The notes beneath the pieces are model-generated. The model did not search any database. It was not told the DNA's origin and saw nothing but the letters and a program-made list of their open reading frames with translations. A DNA stretch of 64,000 bases from Dictyostelium discoideum (lineage: Eukaryota). The stretch lies in NCBI GenBank assembly GCA_000004695.1, contig CM000155.2, positions 768,001 through 832,000 of the forward strand, written 5' to 3'. Positions 1 through 11,603 of the stretch are shown one piece after another. How positions within the stretch are numbered: position 1 is the first letter of the stretch; each line of letters opens with the position of its first letter. The position numbers and the translations under genes were made by a program.

Positions 1-92
1 ATTGGTTGCTTTAATTCATATAATGCTTCTGTATAAAATTTACTAAGTTGTGATACTAAAATTATGTTTAAATGAAAAGAATTAATTAATTA

Positions 93-96
<4 letters not shown>

Positions 97-185
<89 letters not shown>
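97..185. repeat. (ATT)n microsatellite, ~29 units, then a (T)17 run.
   Basis: Direct reading of the sequence. Confidence 0.95.
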
Positions 186-186
<1 letters not shown>

Positions 187-204
187 TTTTTTTTTTTTTT
201 TAAT

Positions 205-622
205 TTACATACATTGAGCTGGTGCTAATCTAACTTGTTCAACATTACAATTTCTAAAGAAATTATTACATTGATCAATAAAAACAGAACGATTTTTACC
301 TTGATCACTGCCTTTGGCTTTTCTATTTTAAGTGGCAATAATATGTGTGTGATTATTGGTTGTTAATATGGTGATGATAGTTGTATATTTTTATATTTGT
401 ATATTTTATGATTTAATGATAGTTTGATTAGAATATTAATAATAATAAAAATAAAAATACAAACAATACTAAAAGTTGACCTAATGAATGATTTCTGACA
501 TCAAGGGCGCCTAAAATATTATCTAATGAGACATGTTGTCTTTCGAGTTGTTCTTCATATTTTAATAAATTTTTTAAATTTTTTGGGTTTGGGTTTTGTG
601 CATCTAATACAAATGAATCCAT
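205..622 (-). CDS. Small (~82 aa) coiled-coil protein, uncharacterised. Tentative 2-exon model: join(481..622,205..311) on the minus strand.
   Basis: ORF 428..622 opens MDSFVLDAQNPNPKNLKNLLKYEEQLERQHVSLDNILGALDVRNHS. A GTCAAC donor at 475-480 (phase 1) pairs with an AG acceptor at 312-313. The continuation ...GSDQGKNRSVFIDQCNNFFRNCNVEQVRLAPAQCM* stops at 205-207. I recognise no family; the splice is inferred. Confidence 0.25.
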
Positions 623-767
623 TTTATGTGTATTAAAAACAAATACAAAATAGTTGAAATATTTGAAATTTTGGTTATTAATAAATTAAAAAATAAAAAA
701 ATTAAAAAAAATTAAAAATAAAAAAAAAAAAAAATTAATTTCACAAAGCACAATTAAAAAAAAAAAT

Positions 768-800
<33 letters not shown>

Positions 801-934
801 ATTGATTTGGAGGAAAAAAAAAAGAAAAAAAAAAAAAAAGATATTTTTGTATTTATTTTAAAAAAATAAATCCAAAAAAAAAAAAAAAAAAAAAGTAATA
901 ATGAATAATATATAATTTTAATTATTTTATTTTT

Positions 935-1522
935 TTAATTTTGAATTTTATGTACTTGATCTTCCCAATTTCTACCATCAAAATTTGAAATTTTAATTTT
1001 GGTAATATCAAAATTATCCAAACAACGATAATTTACATCGATATCATTTGGATGACTTCTTGCGATATAATATGGGCAAATACCACAGGTAGAACTGAGA
1101 TATAGAAAAAAAAAAAAAAAAAAAAAAAATTAATTAGCAACTTTTTTTTTTTTTTTTTTTTTTTTTCTCACTTTTTATTGTCAACTTACCAAAAATAATG
1201 TTTTGCAATATGTGTATTAAAAGTATATAATGATAAATTATCTTCACCTTGCAATAATTTAAATTTATCTTTTGTAACAATTAAATGGATGATACCTTTT
1301 TTGGTACACATTGAACAATTACAATAAATTCCTTCACAATCTTTTGGTGCTACTGCTTCAAATCTAACTTTTCCACAATGACATCTATTTTTAAATAAAT
1401 TATCTAATTTTAGTTTGATTTTTTTTTTTTTTTTTTTATTTTAAAATTTGATTTTTATTTTTATTCTTCTTGAATTAATTAATTTACCCTCCAGTATGTG
1501 TAACTTCTTGTTGCTCTGACAT
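935..1522 (-). CDS. GFA/CENP-V-family (Mss4-like fold) zinc-binding protein, ~130 aa. Three exons: join(1489..1522,1190..1384,935..1095) on the minus strand.
   Basis: Hand-spliced product: MSEQQEVTHTGG|CHCGKVRFEAVAPKDCEGIYCNCSMCTKKGIIHLIVTKDKFKLLQGEDNLSLYTFNTHIAKHYF|CSTCGICPYYIARSHPNDIDVNYRCLDNFD...KIQN*. It carries the CxC...CxxC...CxxC cysteine pattern of glutathione-dependent formaldehyde-activating-enzyme / CENP-V domains. Donors are GTAAAT and GTAAGT, acceptors (A/T)nAG, and phases are consistent. It is absent from the ORF track because every exon is under 60 aa. Confidence 0.65.
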
Positions 1523-1717
1523 TTTTATTTGTTTTTTTTTTTGTTTTTTTTTTTTTTTTGGTATTGGAGAATTGATCAAAAAAATTAAAATGAAAATGAA
1601 AATGAAAATGAAAATTCGCAACTAAAAAAAAAAAAAAAAAAAAAATAAAAAATAAAATAAAATAAAATAAAAAAAAAAATAGAGAGAAGTTTCAGGGCAA
1701 ACTGAAATATCCTTTCT

Positions 1718-1756
<39 letters not shown>

Positions 1757-1783
1757 GGGGGGGTTTAACTTTAGTTAAATATT

Positions 1784-2335
1784 TTATTTTGATAAATATT
1801 CAGTTGAAGTAATAACTTTAGCAAAAGCAAATTGTAATGCAGCCATATAAGCAGTGTGAACTAATTTTGCGGGAGTAGTATTACCATTGAAAGTTAAATC
1901 ACGAGTGGCACAACAATCTTCTAAAACGGTGATATCAGACCAACCTAAATCTTTGGCACCTCTAGTTGCAGAATCAATACACATATGGGACATCATACCG
2001 GTGATAACCAATTCAGTGATATTATGTTTCTTTAAATGTGCTTCTAAACCAGTACCAATGAACGAATTGATAGCGGTTTTAACAAAGATTTCTTCACCTT
2101 CAATTGGTTTAACACCTTCATGAATTTCACAACCAACTGAACCATCTTCAAAGAATGGGCCACCTTTTGGGAAAACATGTTGAACATGACAAACTAATTG
2201 TTTCTTATTTCTAAAATCTTGTAAAACTAATTTAGTTCTTTCCATAGCTTCTTCAGATCCAACTAATTCAAATTTACCATTTTTAGTTTTAAAATAATCA
2301 TTTTGTTCATCAACAATAATTAAAGCTCTTGTCAT
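1784..2335 (-). CDS. Isochorismatase-family cysteine hydrolase (YcaC/PncA-like), ~183 aa.
   Basis: Within ORF 1784..2434 the true start is the internal MTRALIIVDEQNDYF; the upstream poly-F part of the ORF is poly-T read-through. MTRALIIVDEQNDYF is the isochorismatase N-terminal signature, and the catalytic Cys context ITGMMSHMCIDSATRGAKDLG is present. Single exon. Confidence 0.8.
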   Translation of the reverse strand: MTRALIIVDEQNDYFKTKNGKFELVGSEEAMERTKLVLQDFRNKKQLVCHVQHVFPKGGPFFEDGSVGCEIHEGVKPIEGEEIFVKTAINSFIGTGLEAHLKKHNITELVITGMMSHMCIDSATRGAKDLGWSDITVLEDCCATRDLTFNGNTTPAKLVHTAYMAALQFAFAKVITSTEYLSK

Positions 2336-2746
2336 TCTTTTTATTTTTTTTATATATATATATATATATTTATTTATTTTTAAAAATTTAAAAATAAAAA
2401 AAAAAAAAAATAAAAAAAAAAAAAAAATAACCACTTCACTCGATGTTGCGGTGGTAAAAAAAAAAAAATTAAAAAATTAAAAAATAAAAATAAATTTAAA
2501 TTTAAATATCCGTAAGGTGAAAATAAGTTCGACATTGTTTTTTATTTGAAATTTTTAAAAATAAACCCCACCCTCGCCACAAATAATTTTTTTTTGGTTT
2601 TTTTCGATGTCACTGAAAAAAAAAAAAAAATAAAAAAAAAAAAAAAATGATCGCGTAAATTCCCAAACCCTTTTTTTTTTAAAAGACTCAGATATTTTCT
2701 AAATTTTTTTTTATTTTTATTTTTTTTTTTATTTTTTTTTTTATTT

Positions 2747-4090
2747 TTATATTATGATATTAACTTCTTTTAAAGCATCTAATGCCCATTGTGGACAATC
2801 ATTATTTGGATATTGTTTATTAATAAAAGATTTTACAAAATTTGGGAAAGTTTGATCAATGATTGATTGACGAATTTGAGACATTAAAGACATTTGGTAA
2901 TGAATATTATGAAAAGTGAGTAATTGACCACCAATTGCTTCTTTACCAGCTACAATATGTAAATAAGCTTTGGTGTAATTCTTACAAACCATACAAGTAC
3001 ATTCTGAATCGATTGGAGTGAAATCAAATGCATATTCTGATGATTTTAAATTTAAAGATCCAGAAGCGACCAAAGCAGTTCCAAATCTGGCAGTACGCGA
3101 TGGGAATACACAATCAAACATATCGACACCCAATGCTGAGCAAACCACCAAATCCAATGCGTAGCCGACACCCATGAGATAACGTGGTTTGTTCTCTGGT
3201 AGTTTTGAAGTGCATTGATGGACCACACGCCAAAACATGTCTTTTGATTCGCCGCCACTCAAGCCGCCAATGGCATAGCCAGGGAACTCTCTTGCCATCA
3301 ACCCCTCCATGCAGATATCACGCAATCTCGAGTCGAGGCCGCCCTGAACGATGGCGAAAATATTTTGAGTGTCTGGCTTCTTATGAGCTTTAATGCAACG
3401 ATCGATCCAACGCAATGTTCTATACATCGCTTGTTCCACTCTTGGTCCGACAGTAGTACTACTAACGACGTCGTCCAATGCCATCATAATATCAGCACCA
3501 ATTGAATTTTGGATACCCATTGACAGTTCGGGTGTGAGTACCATGGTCGAACCATCGTGTGGTGACTGGAATTGCACACCCTGCTCAGTGATTTCTGCAA
3601 GTTGTAATAATGATACCATTTGAAAACCACCTGAATCTGTTAACATTGCACGTGGGTAATTCATAAACTTGTGCAAGCCGCCCACCGAGTCCATAACCTC
3701 TGGTCCTGGACGATGTCCCAAATGATATGTGTTTCCCAAAACCACCCCACAATTCAAATCAACCAATTGCTGTGATGTCAATCCCTTCACTGTGCCTTGT
3801 GTACCCACTGGCATAAACATTGGTGTTGAACATTGGTGATGTGGTAATGTTAATTTAGCAGCTCTTGCTTTTCCCCATTTACCAACGATTTCAAATTGTA
3901 ATGGTGGTATGACTCCCTCGCCTGTTGGTGTTGGATATTTCACTCCTGATATAACAATATCCTCTTCAGTTTTAACATAAACATCATTTATATCTGTACT
4001 ATTATTTTTACTATATTTATTTTGATCATCATTATTATTATTATTTATATTTGTTGTTTTTATATTTTGTTCATCAATTGTGGTTGTCAT
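2747..4090 (-). CDS. qtrt1: Queuine tRNA-ribosyltransferase catalytic subunit (TGT/QTRT1), 447 aa, single exon.
   Basis: TGT signatures present: VLGNTYHLGHRPGPEVMDSVGGLHKFMNYPRAMLTDSGGFQMVSL, and the zinc-site block CTCMVCKNYTKAYLHIV. The N-terminus carries a poly-Asn insertion, common in Dictyostelium. Confidence 0.9.
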   Translation of the reverse strand: MTTTIDEQNIKTTNINNNNNDDQNKYSKNNSTDINDVYVKTEEDIVISGVKYPTPTGEGVIPPLQFEIVGKWGKARAAKLTLPHHQCSTPMFMPVGTQGTVKGLTSQQLVDLNCGVVLGNTYHLGHRPGPEVMDSVGGLHKFMNYPRAMLTDSGGFQMVSLLQLAEITEQGVQFQSPHDGSTMVLTPELSMGIQNSIGADIMMALDDVVSSTTVGPRVEQAMYRTLRWIDRCIKAHKKPDTQNIFAIVQGGLDSRLRDICMEGLMAREFPGYAIGGLSGGESKDMFWRVVHQCTSKLPENKPRYLMGVGYALDLVVCSALGVDMFDCVFPSRTARFGTALVASGSLNLKSSEYAFDFTPIDSECTCMVCKNYTKAYLHIVAGKEAIGGQLLTFHNIHYQMSLMSQIRQSIIDQTFPNFVKSFINKQYPNNDCPQWALDALKEVNIII

Positions 4091-4280
4091 ATTTTTTTTT
4101 TTTTTTTTAGTTTTTTTTAGTTTTTTTAAATTATTTTTTTTTTTTTTTATTTTTAAATATCGTTTTTTCTGCCAATTGAAAAAATTAGTTTTTTATTTTT
4201 TTTTTTTTTTTTTTTTTTTTTTTGAATTTTTTTTTTTTTTTTTGAATTTTTTTTTTTTTTATTTTTTTTTTTTTTTTTTT

Positions 4281-4323
<43 letters not shown>

Positions 4324-4985
4324 CTCTTTGTTGTTCACCTCATAATAAAAATAATAATAATTTAAAACATCACAATATATATACCCGTATATATTTACAA
4401 AAGGTTTGTTTTTCTTTTATTTCACTTTATGTCACTTTTTTTTTTGTTTTATATTTTTATTTAATTTTTTTTTTTTTTTTCAGGGAAAAAAAAAAATAAA
4501 ATAAAAATTAAATAAAATAAATAAAAATAATATACTGCCTTTAAATTATTCATTTGCTCGCCTATATAATCATTTTTCACTTTTTTTTTTTTTTTTATAT
4601 TTTTATTTTATTTTATTTTTTTGTTTTAAACTTCATTTCTTTCATTATTTTATTTTATTTATTTTTATTTTTTTTTTTTTTTTTCTGATCACACAAAATT
4701 TCCTTATAAAATCCCATTTTTATTTTTATTTTTTTTTTTAATTATTATTTTTAAAAATTTCAGTGTGATCATCATTTTTTTTTTTTTTTAAAAAAAAATA
4801 AAATAAAAAAAAAAATAAATAAAAATGAAAAAAAAAAAAAAAATTAAAAATTTATTAAAAAAGATAACAACCACAAACTTTTCTTTTTTTTTTTTCTTCA
4901 CTTTTTTTTTTTTTTTTTCTCTTCTCACATGCCATCACACCACACAAATTTATTTTATTAAAACTAAACTTAAACTAGTAACTAA

Positions 4986-5025
<40 letters not shown>

Positions 5026-5119
5026 CCTATAAAAAATAAAATTTTCATTGAACAAAAAAAGCCATTTTTATTTTTCAAAAATCTTTTAAAAATAGAATTA
5101 AATTTTAAAAAATAAAATC

Positions 5120-5150
<31 letters not shown>

Positions 5151-5357
5151 ATTTAGTAAATATACAACAAACCTTTGTAAAGAAATATAAAAAAACCCTT
5201 GTAGATAGTAATAATAAACCCCCAAAAATAATAATAATAAAAAAAACCAAATTCATTCATTTTTCAATTTTATAAAATTAAAAATCAAAATATATAATAA
5301 TTATAAACCAAAGAATAAAATAAAAAAAAACATATAATACAAAAAAAAAACATAGTA

Positions 5358-6746
5358 ATGAATAGTCAACAAAATAAATTACCACAACAACCACAACAAC
5401 CACCAAGGTAAATAATTGAAAAACATCCCCTCTCTCTCCCCTCTTTCATATATTAATATATATATATATATATTAATAACAAATTCATTTAAATTTTTTA
5501 TTTTTTTTATTATTATTTTTATAGTTCAATTGTTGACGACGATAATTGGAAATCACAATTAAAATTACCACCAAGAGATGAAAGAAGACAAACAGAAGAT
5601 GTTACAGCAACAGAAGGTAATGATTTTGATGATTTACATTTGAAGAGAGATTTACTTAGAGGTATTTTTGAGAAAGGATATGTAAAGCCATCACCAATTC
5701 AAGAGAAGGCAATTCCAATTGCATTAGCAGGTAGAGATATTATGGCACGTGCAAAGAATGGTACAGGTAAGACAGCATCATTTTTAATTCCAGCATTAGA
5801 GAAAACAGATCCAACCAAGGATGTCATTCAAGTATTGATATTGGTACCAACCAGAGAGTTGGCCTTACAAACCAGTCAAGTATGTAAGGAGTTGGGTAAA
5901 TATATGAACGTTCAAGTTATGGCATCCACTGGTGGTACATCTCTCAAGGATGATATTATGCGTTTGTATAATCCAGTACATATTTTAGTGGCCACTCCAG
6001 GAAGAGTTCTTGATTTGGCTCAAAAGAATGTTGCAAATCTCTCCAATTGTCACACAATGATCATGGATGAAGCCGATAAACTATTGTCACAAGAATTCCA
6101 ACCATTGGTAGAACAATTGATCAATTTCCTCCCACAACAACGTCAAATCCTCTTGTTTTCTGCCACTTTTCCCGTCACTGTAAAGAGTTTCAAAGAACAC
6201 TACCTTCAACAAGCCTTTGAAATCAATCTTATGGAAGAGTTGACCTTGAAAGGTGTCACCCAATATTACGCCTTTGTCGAGGAACGTCAAAAGATTCATT
6301 GTCTCAATACTCTCTTCTCAAAGTTACAAATCAATCAATCCATCATCTTTTGTAACTCTGTCAATCGTGTAGAGTTATTGGCAAAGAAAATCACTGAACT
6401 CGGTTACAGTTGTTTCTTTATTCATGCTAAAATGGTTCAAGCTCATCGTAATCGTGTTTTCCATGACTTTAGAAATGGCGCTTGTCGTAATCTCGTCTCC
6501 TCTGATCTCTTCACTCGTGGTATCGATATTCAAGACGTTAATGTTGTCATCAATTTCGATTTCCCAAAACATTCTGAAACTTATCTCCATCGTATTGGTC
6601 GTTCAGGTCGTTTCGGTCATCTCGGTTTAGCCATTAATCTCATCACCTATGAAGATCGTTTCTCACTCTACAAAATTGAACAAGAATTAGGTACTGAAAT
6701 TAAACCAATTCCACCAGTTATTGATAAATCTTTATATGCTGCTTAA
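5358..6746 (+). CDS. ddx6: DEAD-box RNA helicase DDX6/Dhh1/Me31B (P-body helicase), ~423 aa. Two exons: join(5358..5407,5525..6746).
   Basis: Exon 1 ([16 protein letters not shown]) ends in phase 2 at a GTAAAT donor; the acceptor is TATAG at 5520-5524. The product ...[79 protein letters not shown]... aligns essentially residue for residue with human DDX6. The DEAD, SAT and HRIGRSGR motifs are all present. Confidence 0.9.
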
Positions 6747-6768
6747 AAAAAAAAAAAAAAAACTAAAA

Positions 6769-6769
<1 letters not shown>

Positions 6770-6828
<59 letters not shown>
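6770..6828. repeat. (AAT)n microsatellite in the ddx6 3' flank.
   Basis: Direct reading; about 19 units directly after the ddx6 stop codon and an A16 run. Confidence 0.95.
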
Positions 6829-6829
<1 letters not shown>

Positions 6830-7773
6830 CACAATCAAAAAAAAAAAAAAAAAAAAATACAAAAAAAAAAAAAAAATTCACATGACAAAACAAATAATAA
6901 TAACTTACTAAAATTACTATAAAATAATCATATACAATCAAAATGATAAAATTAAAATCAAAAAAAAAAAAAGAAAAAGAAAAAAAAAACTAGAAAAAAA
7001 AAAAAAAAAAAAAAAAAAAAGGAAAAAAAAAAAAAAAAAAAAAAAAAACCTATAATCACTTTCCATATCAATACCTCAAATTATTCAACAACCAATTTTA
7101 AAAAAAAAAAATTCGAGACTTCTTGCTTACTTTTTTTTATCGATTAAAACGCAACAAACACCAATCAACCCCACACCTTTAACTATTACCTTATCAATAA
7201 TATGATAAACCCACATATGACAATAACTTAAATCCACCATAACAGAACCAAAAATGAAAAGTCTTATTCAAAATTGAATCAAAAAGAGGTACATTAATCC
7301 CCCACAATCATATAATCAATCAATCAACCAACACCCAAAAAAAAAAAAAAAAAAAAAACCTAATCACAAAAAAAAAAAAAAAAAAATTATTTATATAATT
7401 TGTTCTTTTTTAAGATATTTATTTTATTTTGTATAAACAGCACACAATAATTAAAACCAACAATGTTATAAAAAGTATTATAATTTTTAATCAAATTATA
7501 ATCATTTCCTTTTAATCTAATTATAACATTTGCATGCGCATAATCATACAAATAATATAAAAAAAAATAATAATAAAATAATAAAAAAAAAAAAACAAAA
7601 AAAAGACAAAACACCAAACAATAAATAAATTCAAAAAAACAAAACAAAAAAACATATCTTAAGAAATAAGATTAAGAATTTCTTTATTTTTTTTATTTTT
7701 ATTTTTCTTCTTTTAATATCTATATTTTATATTTATTTTTATTTCTTTAATAATAATTATTCTTTGTCAGATT

Positions 7774-9073
7774 TTAAAATTGTTTAAAGAATTTATTTTT
7801 ATAAAGTTTGATTAATAAAAGTGGGTGTTGTTGAGTATTTGGAAATTCGAAAATATTGAAATCAGCCTTTCTTAAACGTTCTAAAAAGTCTTCAACAACA
7901 GAGACTGATAAGAAAGCTTCAGTTGCAGGGTGTGGTATTTTACCTCTAAATTGTTTAGCTTTATCTAAATGTAATTTTGCACAACTTGCCATTTCATAGA
8001 TTGCATTTTGTAATTTTTCAATTTGAGGATCACCACGATATAATGATTCAACATTTATACCATACTTTGTGGTTAATGAAACTGGTATATAAGTTTTTCT
8101 TGAAGCAAGATGATAAACTGTACCACGAATTAATACCATTATACCAATTGCTTTACCTAAATGAGATGCACAATGTTCAACATCATGATTACCTTTTACA
8201 CCTAATCCTTCCAATGTCAATAACATTAATGATGAATGAATATCATCTGCATATTGCTCCAATTCTTCCATATCTTTAATTTGAACTTGTTGATTATCTT
8301 TTTCTCTTCTATTTAATATCTTTATAAACCATGTTTTTGTTAATTTCTTTTCTTTAATAACTTGTGCTAATACTCTTGTTAATGGTTGATCATAAACTTT
8401 ACCCTATTTTAATTATTATTAATATTATTAATATTATTTATATTTTTAATTATATATATTTATATAATCATTTAATAATTACATTATAGATATTGTTAAT
8501 TGCGTCTTTCCAAAATGATAATCTTAATCTTGATATTTTTTCAGATTTTGGTGAATGATCATTTGCAACAGTTTCAATATTGAATGCTCTAATTGCATAT
8601 GCTACTCTTCTTGCAATTGGATCACTAATTAATAAACTATTAATATAATTCTCTTTATCACAGGTTCTATTTATTTAATAATATAAAATGAGAATCGTTA
8701 GTATTTGGAAATTGAGAGAAAGAATAAAAAAAAAAAAAAAAAAACAGAAAACGAAAAAAAAAAAAAAATAAAATATAAAAAACCCCCTGTCTCCCACCCC
8801 TTTTTTTTCAACATACTTTATTCTTTCAAAAACAAAATTATAATCGGCATTACCAGCCAAATCTGAAACATCGATAGATTTTGATGATGGTGATGCTATA
8901 TTATCTTTATTTGAAATAGTTTCTGCTTTTTTTTCTACAGATTCTTTTATTGTATTATTTGTTGATGTTGAAAATAATCTAATATTACTATTAATTATAA
9001 CATTTCTATTTATTAATTTAACATTTGAATTTTTTAATGAATTAAATAAGATTCTACCACTATTTCTAATCAT
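7774..9073 (-). CDS. ndufaf6: NADH dehydrogenase (complex I) assembly factor 6 (NDUFAF6; squalene/phytoene-synthase fold), mitochondrial. Three exons: join(8817..9073,8483..8666,7774..8403) on the minus strand.
   Basis: N-terminus MIRNSGRILFNS...RLFSTS looks like a presequence. Exon junctions are GTATGT / GTAATT donors and AATAG acceptors with matching phases. The spliced protein ...TCDKENYINSLLISDPIARRVAYAIRAFNIETVANDHSPKSEKISRLRLSFWKDAINNIYN|GKVYDQPLTRVLAQVIKEKKLTKTWFIKILNRREKDNQQVQIKDMEELEQYADDIHSSLMLLTLEGLGVKGNHDVEHCASHLGKAIGIMVLIRGT... is collinear with human NDUFAF6 (RAFNVELAQV...RMQFWKKTVEDIY...RWLMKIVDERE...ELENYAE...LLYLTLE...HIGKAQGIVTCLRAT). Confidence 0.75.
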
Positions 9074-9240
9074 TTTAATATCTCTTTTATTTTGAAAATG
9101 ACTAAAAATAAAAAAAAAATAAAAAAAAAAAAAAAAAATAAAAAATTTGGCTTTATAAAAAAAAAAAAAACAAAAAGAAATGAAAATATTTTCATTGTTT
9201 TTAATTTTATTTTTTATTTTTTTTATTTTTTTTTTTTTTA

Positions 9241-9309
9241 AAACAATGATTTAAATATTGATTTGGTTTATTTATTATGTATACCAAATCAATATTTAAA
9301 TCATTGTTT
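9241..9309. repeat. Perfect 27-bp inverted repeat (palindrome) with a 15-nt loop, extended by flanking T-run/A-run complementarity.
   Basis: The left arm aaacaatgatttaaatattgatttggt (9241-9267) has a reverse complement identical to the right arm accaaatcaatatttaaatcattgttt (9283-9309). The loop is ttatttattatgtat. It lies ~170 bp upstream of the ndufaf6 start codon. Confidence 0.9.
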
Positions 9310-9728
9310 TAAAAAAAAAAAAAAAAAAAAAATATGTATATTTATAATAAATAGAATACTCAAAAAAATACACAAAACAATAAAAAATATAAAAAAAATG
9401 AATGTAATAATTTTTTATTTTTTTTATTTATTTTTATTTTTGAATGCGTCTGGCACCAACCAAATGATAGAGAAAGAAAAGATTTTTCAATATCATTATT
9501 GTTAATGCCAATTATTGGAGATTTTAATTAATTTTTATTTTTTTAAAAAGCAACAAACAATAAATAACAATAGAAATTTTGTCAAAAGTTCATAAAAATT
9601 TAAAATCAAAGTCAAAAAACAAAAAAAAAATTATTTAATTAATAAACCCTAAAATTTTTTATTTATTTATTGTTTATTTATTTACATTATTTACAAATTT
9701 ATTATTATGATTTTTATTTTATATTTTT

Positions 9729-11364
9729 TTATTCACCAAATACCAATTTTGAAATTTTTTGGCTGGAATCAATTCTTTCGTAATTTCCATAATTTTTGGA
9801 AGCCGATAAAGGATAACTTTTTCTCTTTTTTGATTGTTTTGTTGGTGTTTCAACAATTGGTTCAATGATTACACTAATTTCTATATCTTCAAGTTTGATT
9901 TCACCATTTTCAGATTCTCTCTGTTTATATTCTGGACTGCAATTATATTTTGAAGGAGTATAATTACTATTATTCTTGTTATTACTTATATTTATAAAAT
10001 TGTTAATATCAATACTTAATAACTTGTTTGGTGTTATATTTTTTAATGGCGTTTGAGTTTGCTGCTGTTGTTGTGGTGATAATCTTAGTCTATGTGGTGT
10101 TTGTCTTAGTAATGGTAATTGAGGTGTCTTTTGGATTGGTGATTGGTTTGGTGTTTTTGGTTGTGTTTGTTTTGGTGTCTTTTGGATTGGTGATTGATTT
10201 GGTGTTTTTGGTTGTTGTTCTTTTGGTGTTTGTTTTGGTGTCTTTTGAATTGGTGATTGGATTGGTGTTTTTGGTTGTTGTTGTTGTTCTTCTTCTGGTG
10301 TTTGTTTTGGTGTCTTTTGAGTTGGTGATTGATTTGGTGTTTTTGGTTGTTGTTCTTCTGGTGTTTGTTTTGGTGTCTTTTGAATTGGTGATTGATTTGG
10401 TGTTTTTGGTTGTTGTTCTGGTGTTTGTTTTGGTGTCTTTTGGATTGGTGATTGAATTGATGTTTTTGGTGGTTGTTGTTGTTGTTGTTCTGGTGTTTGT
10501 TTTGGTGCCTTTTGAATTGGTGATTGAATTGGTGTTTTTGGTTGTTGTTCAAGTGTTTTTGGTTGTTCAGATATTTGTGGTTGAGGTTGTTTTGGTGTTT
10601 GTGGTTGTTGATGATTTGAAAGAGGTAAAATAATTGGTGATAGGGATTGGTTTAATTTTGGTAGTTTTAAAGGTTGCGATAGTGATTGTTGTTTTTGTTG
10701 TTGCTGTTTTTTAATCTTTTGTTTTTTTGGAGTATTATAGATTTCTTTTTCTTGATCACTAAATTCATCGTCATCATCGTCATCATCATTACAGTCGTAA
10801 ACACTAAAATCATATTTACGAGAAGGTTTTGGAGAGATTAATGGTGTTTGACTTGTTCTGAAGCCACCAGATTTCTTTATTGAAGAGTTTACTTTTAATG
10901 GTGAGAAAGCGAATTGTTGATTTAATGAAGTTGGTGATTGAGTTTGTGTTGTAGTTGTTGTTGTTGTTGTTGTTATTTTACTTGAGAATCTATTATAAAT
11001 ATTTAAATGTGAAGGTGATGAATGTACCTTTGAAATTGTTCTTTTAGTTGGTGATCTTGAGAATGGATCTTTAATTAATGGTAATTTAATACCACTACCA
11101 CTACCACCATCACCACCACCACCACCAATAAAATCATTTTCATCAAATAAATTTAATAATGGTGATTTAAATAATGGTGTTGCAGAGTTATTACCACTAC
11201 TACTATTTGTAGAAGACAATAGAGGTCTTTTAATTGGTGTTTTAAATACTTGATTATCATCAATATCATCATTGCTTATATTACTAAGATTTAATGATGA
11301 TGAAGATGATGTTTCACTATCAAAACTTGTATTTAAACTTGTATTGGTACTGTTGTTGTTATTT

Positions 11365-11412
<48 letters not shown>

Positions 11413-11520
11413 GTCAATATGACCTTAATGATTTGATCAACTGGCCAAACCTTATTATTTAATTTTAATGATTTATTGGTATCATTTTTATTATTATTAT
11501 TATCTATATCTTTTTCATTA

Positions 11521-11603
<83 letters not shown>

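Noticed and set aside
491-506. A GGGCGCC core at 495-501 that resembles the promoter E2F-type motifs.
   Set aside because: It lacks the T/A-run flanks and lies inside the putative coding exon 481..622, so it is more likely a chance Gly-Ala codon pair than a regulatory site.
3052-3623. Small ORFs 3052..3258(-), 3184..3393(+) and 3393..3623(+) inside qtrt1, plus similar nested ORFs inside ddx6, hao, mpst, cse1, the PARP gene and the MFS gene.
   Set aside because: They sit wholly inside well-supported conserved CDSs in other frames or strands. This region has slightly higher GC, so random ORFs are longer.
4080-4499. Poly-Phe ORF 4080..4499, and similar poly-F/poly-K/poly-I/poly-L ORFs at 6732..6941, 26487..26846, 26503..26697, 43120..43484, 45898..46080, 49219..49497, 17560..17972 and 28020..29003.
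   Set aside because: They are translations of homopolymer T/A runs or (ATT)n/(AAT)n microsatellites, or antisense to real CDSs (the KEKE region of the PARP gene; the Thr/Ala linker of the WWE gene). None has complex sequence.
10100-10560. A regularly spaced direct repeat that could look like a CRISPR array.
   Set aside because: The repeats are contiguous with no unique spacers, the period is 63 nt, they are in frame within a eukaryotic CDS, and the whole window is intron-containing eukaryotic DNA.
10028-10633. ORFs 10028..10633(+) and 10106..10552(-), 148-201 aa with strikingly periodic sequence (LVFLVVV..., HQNKHQKNNNQKHQ...).
   Set aside because: They are other-frame and antisense readings of the 63-nt tandem repeat inside the LRR-protein CDS. 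The sense frame is continuous with a 780-aa ORF and has a sensible Pro/Gln repeat.
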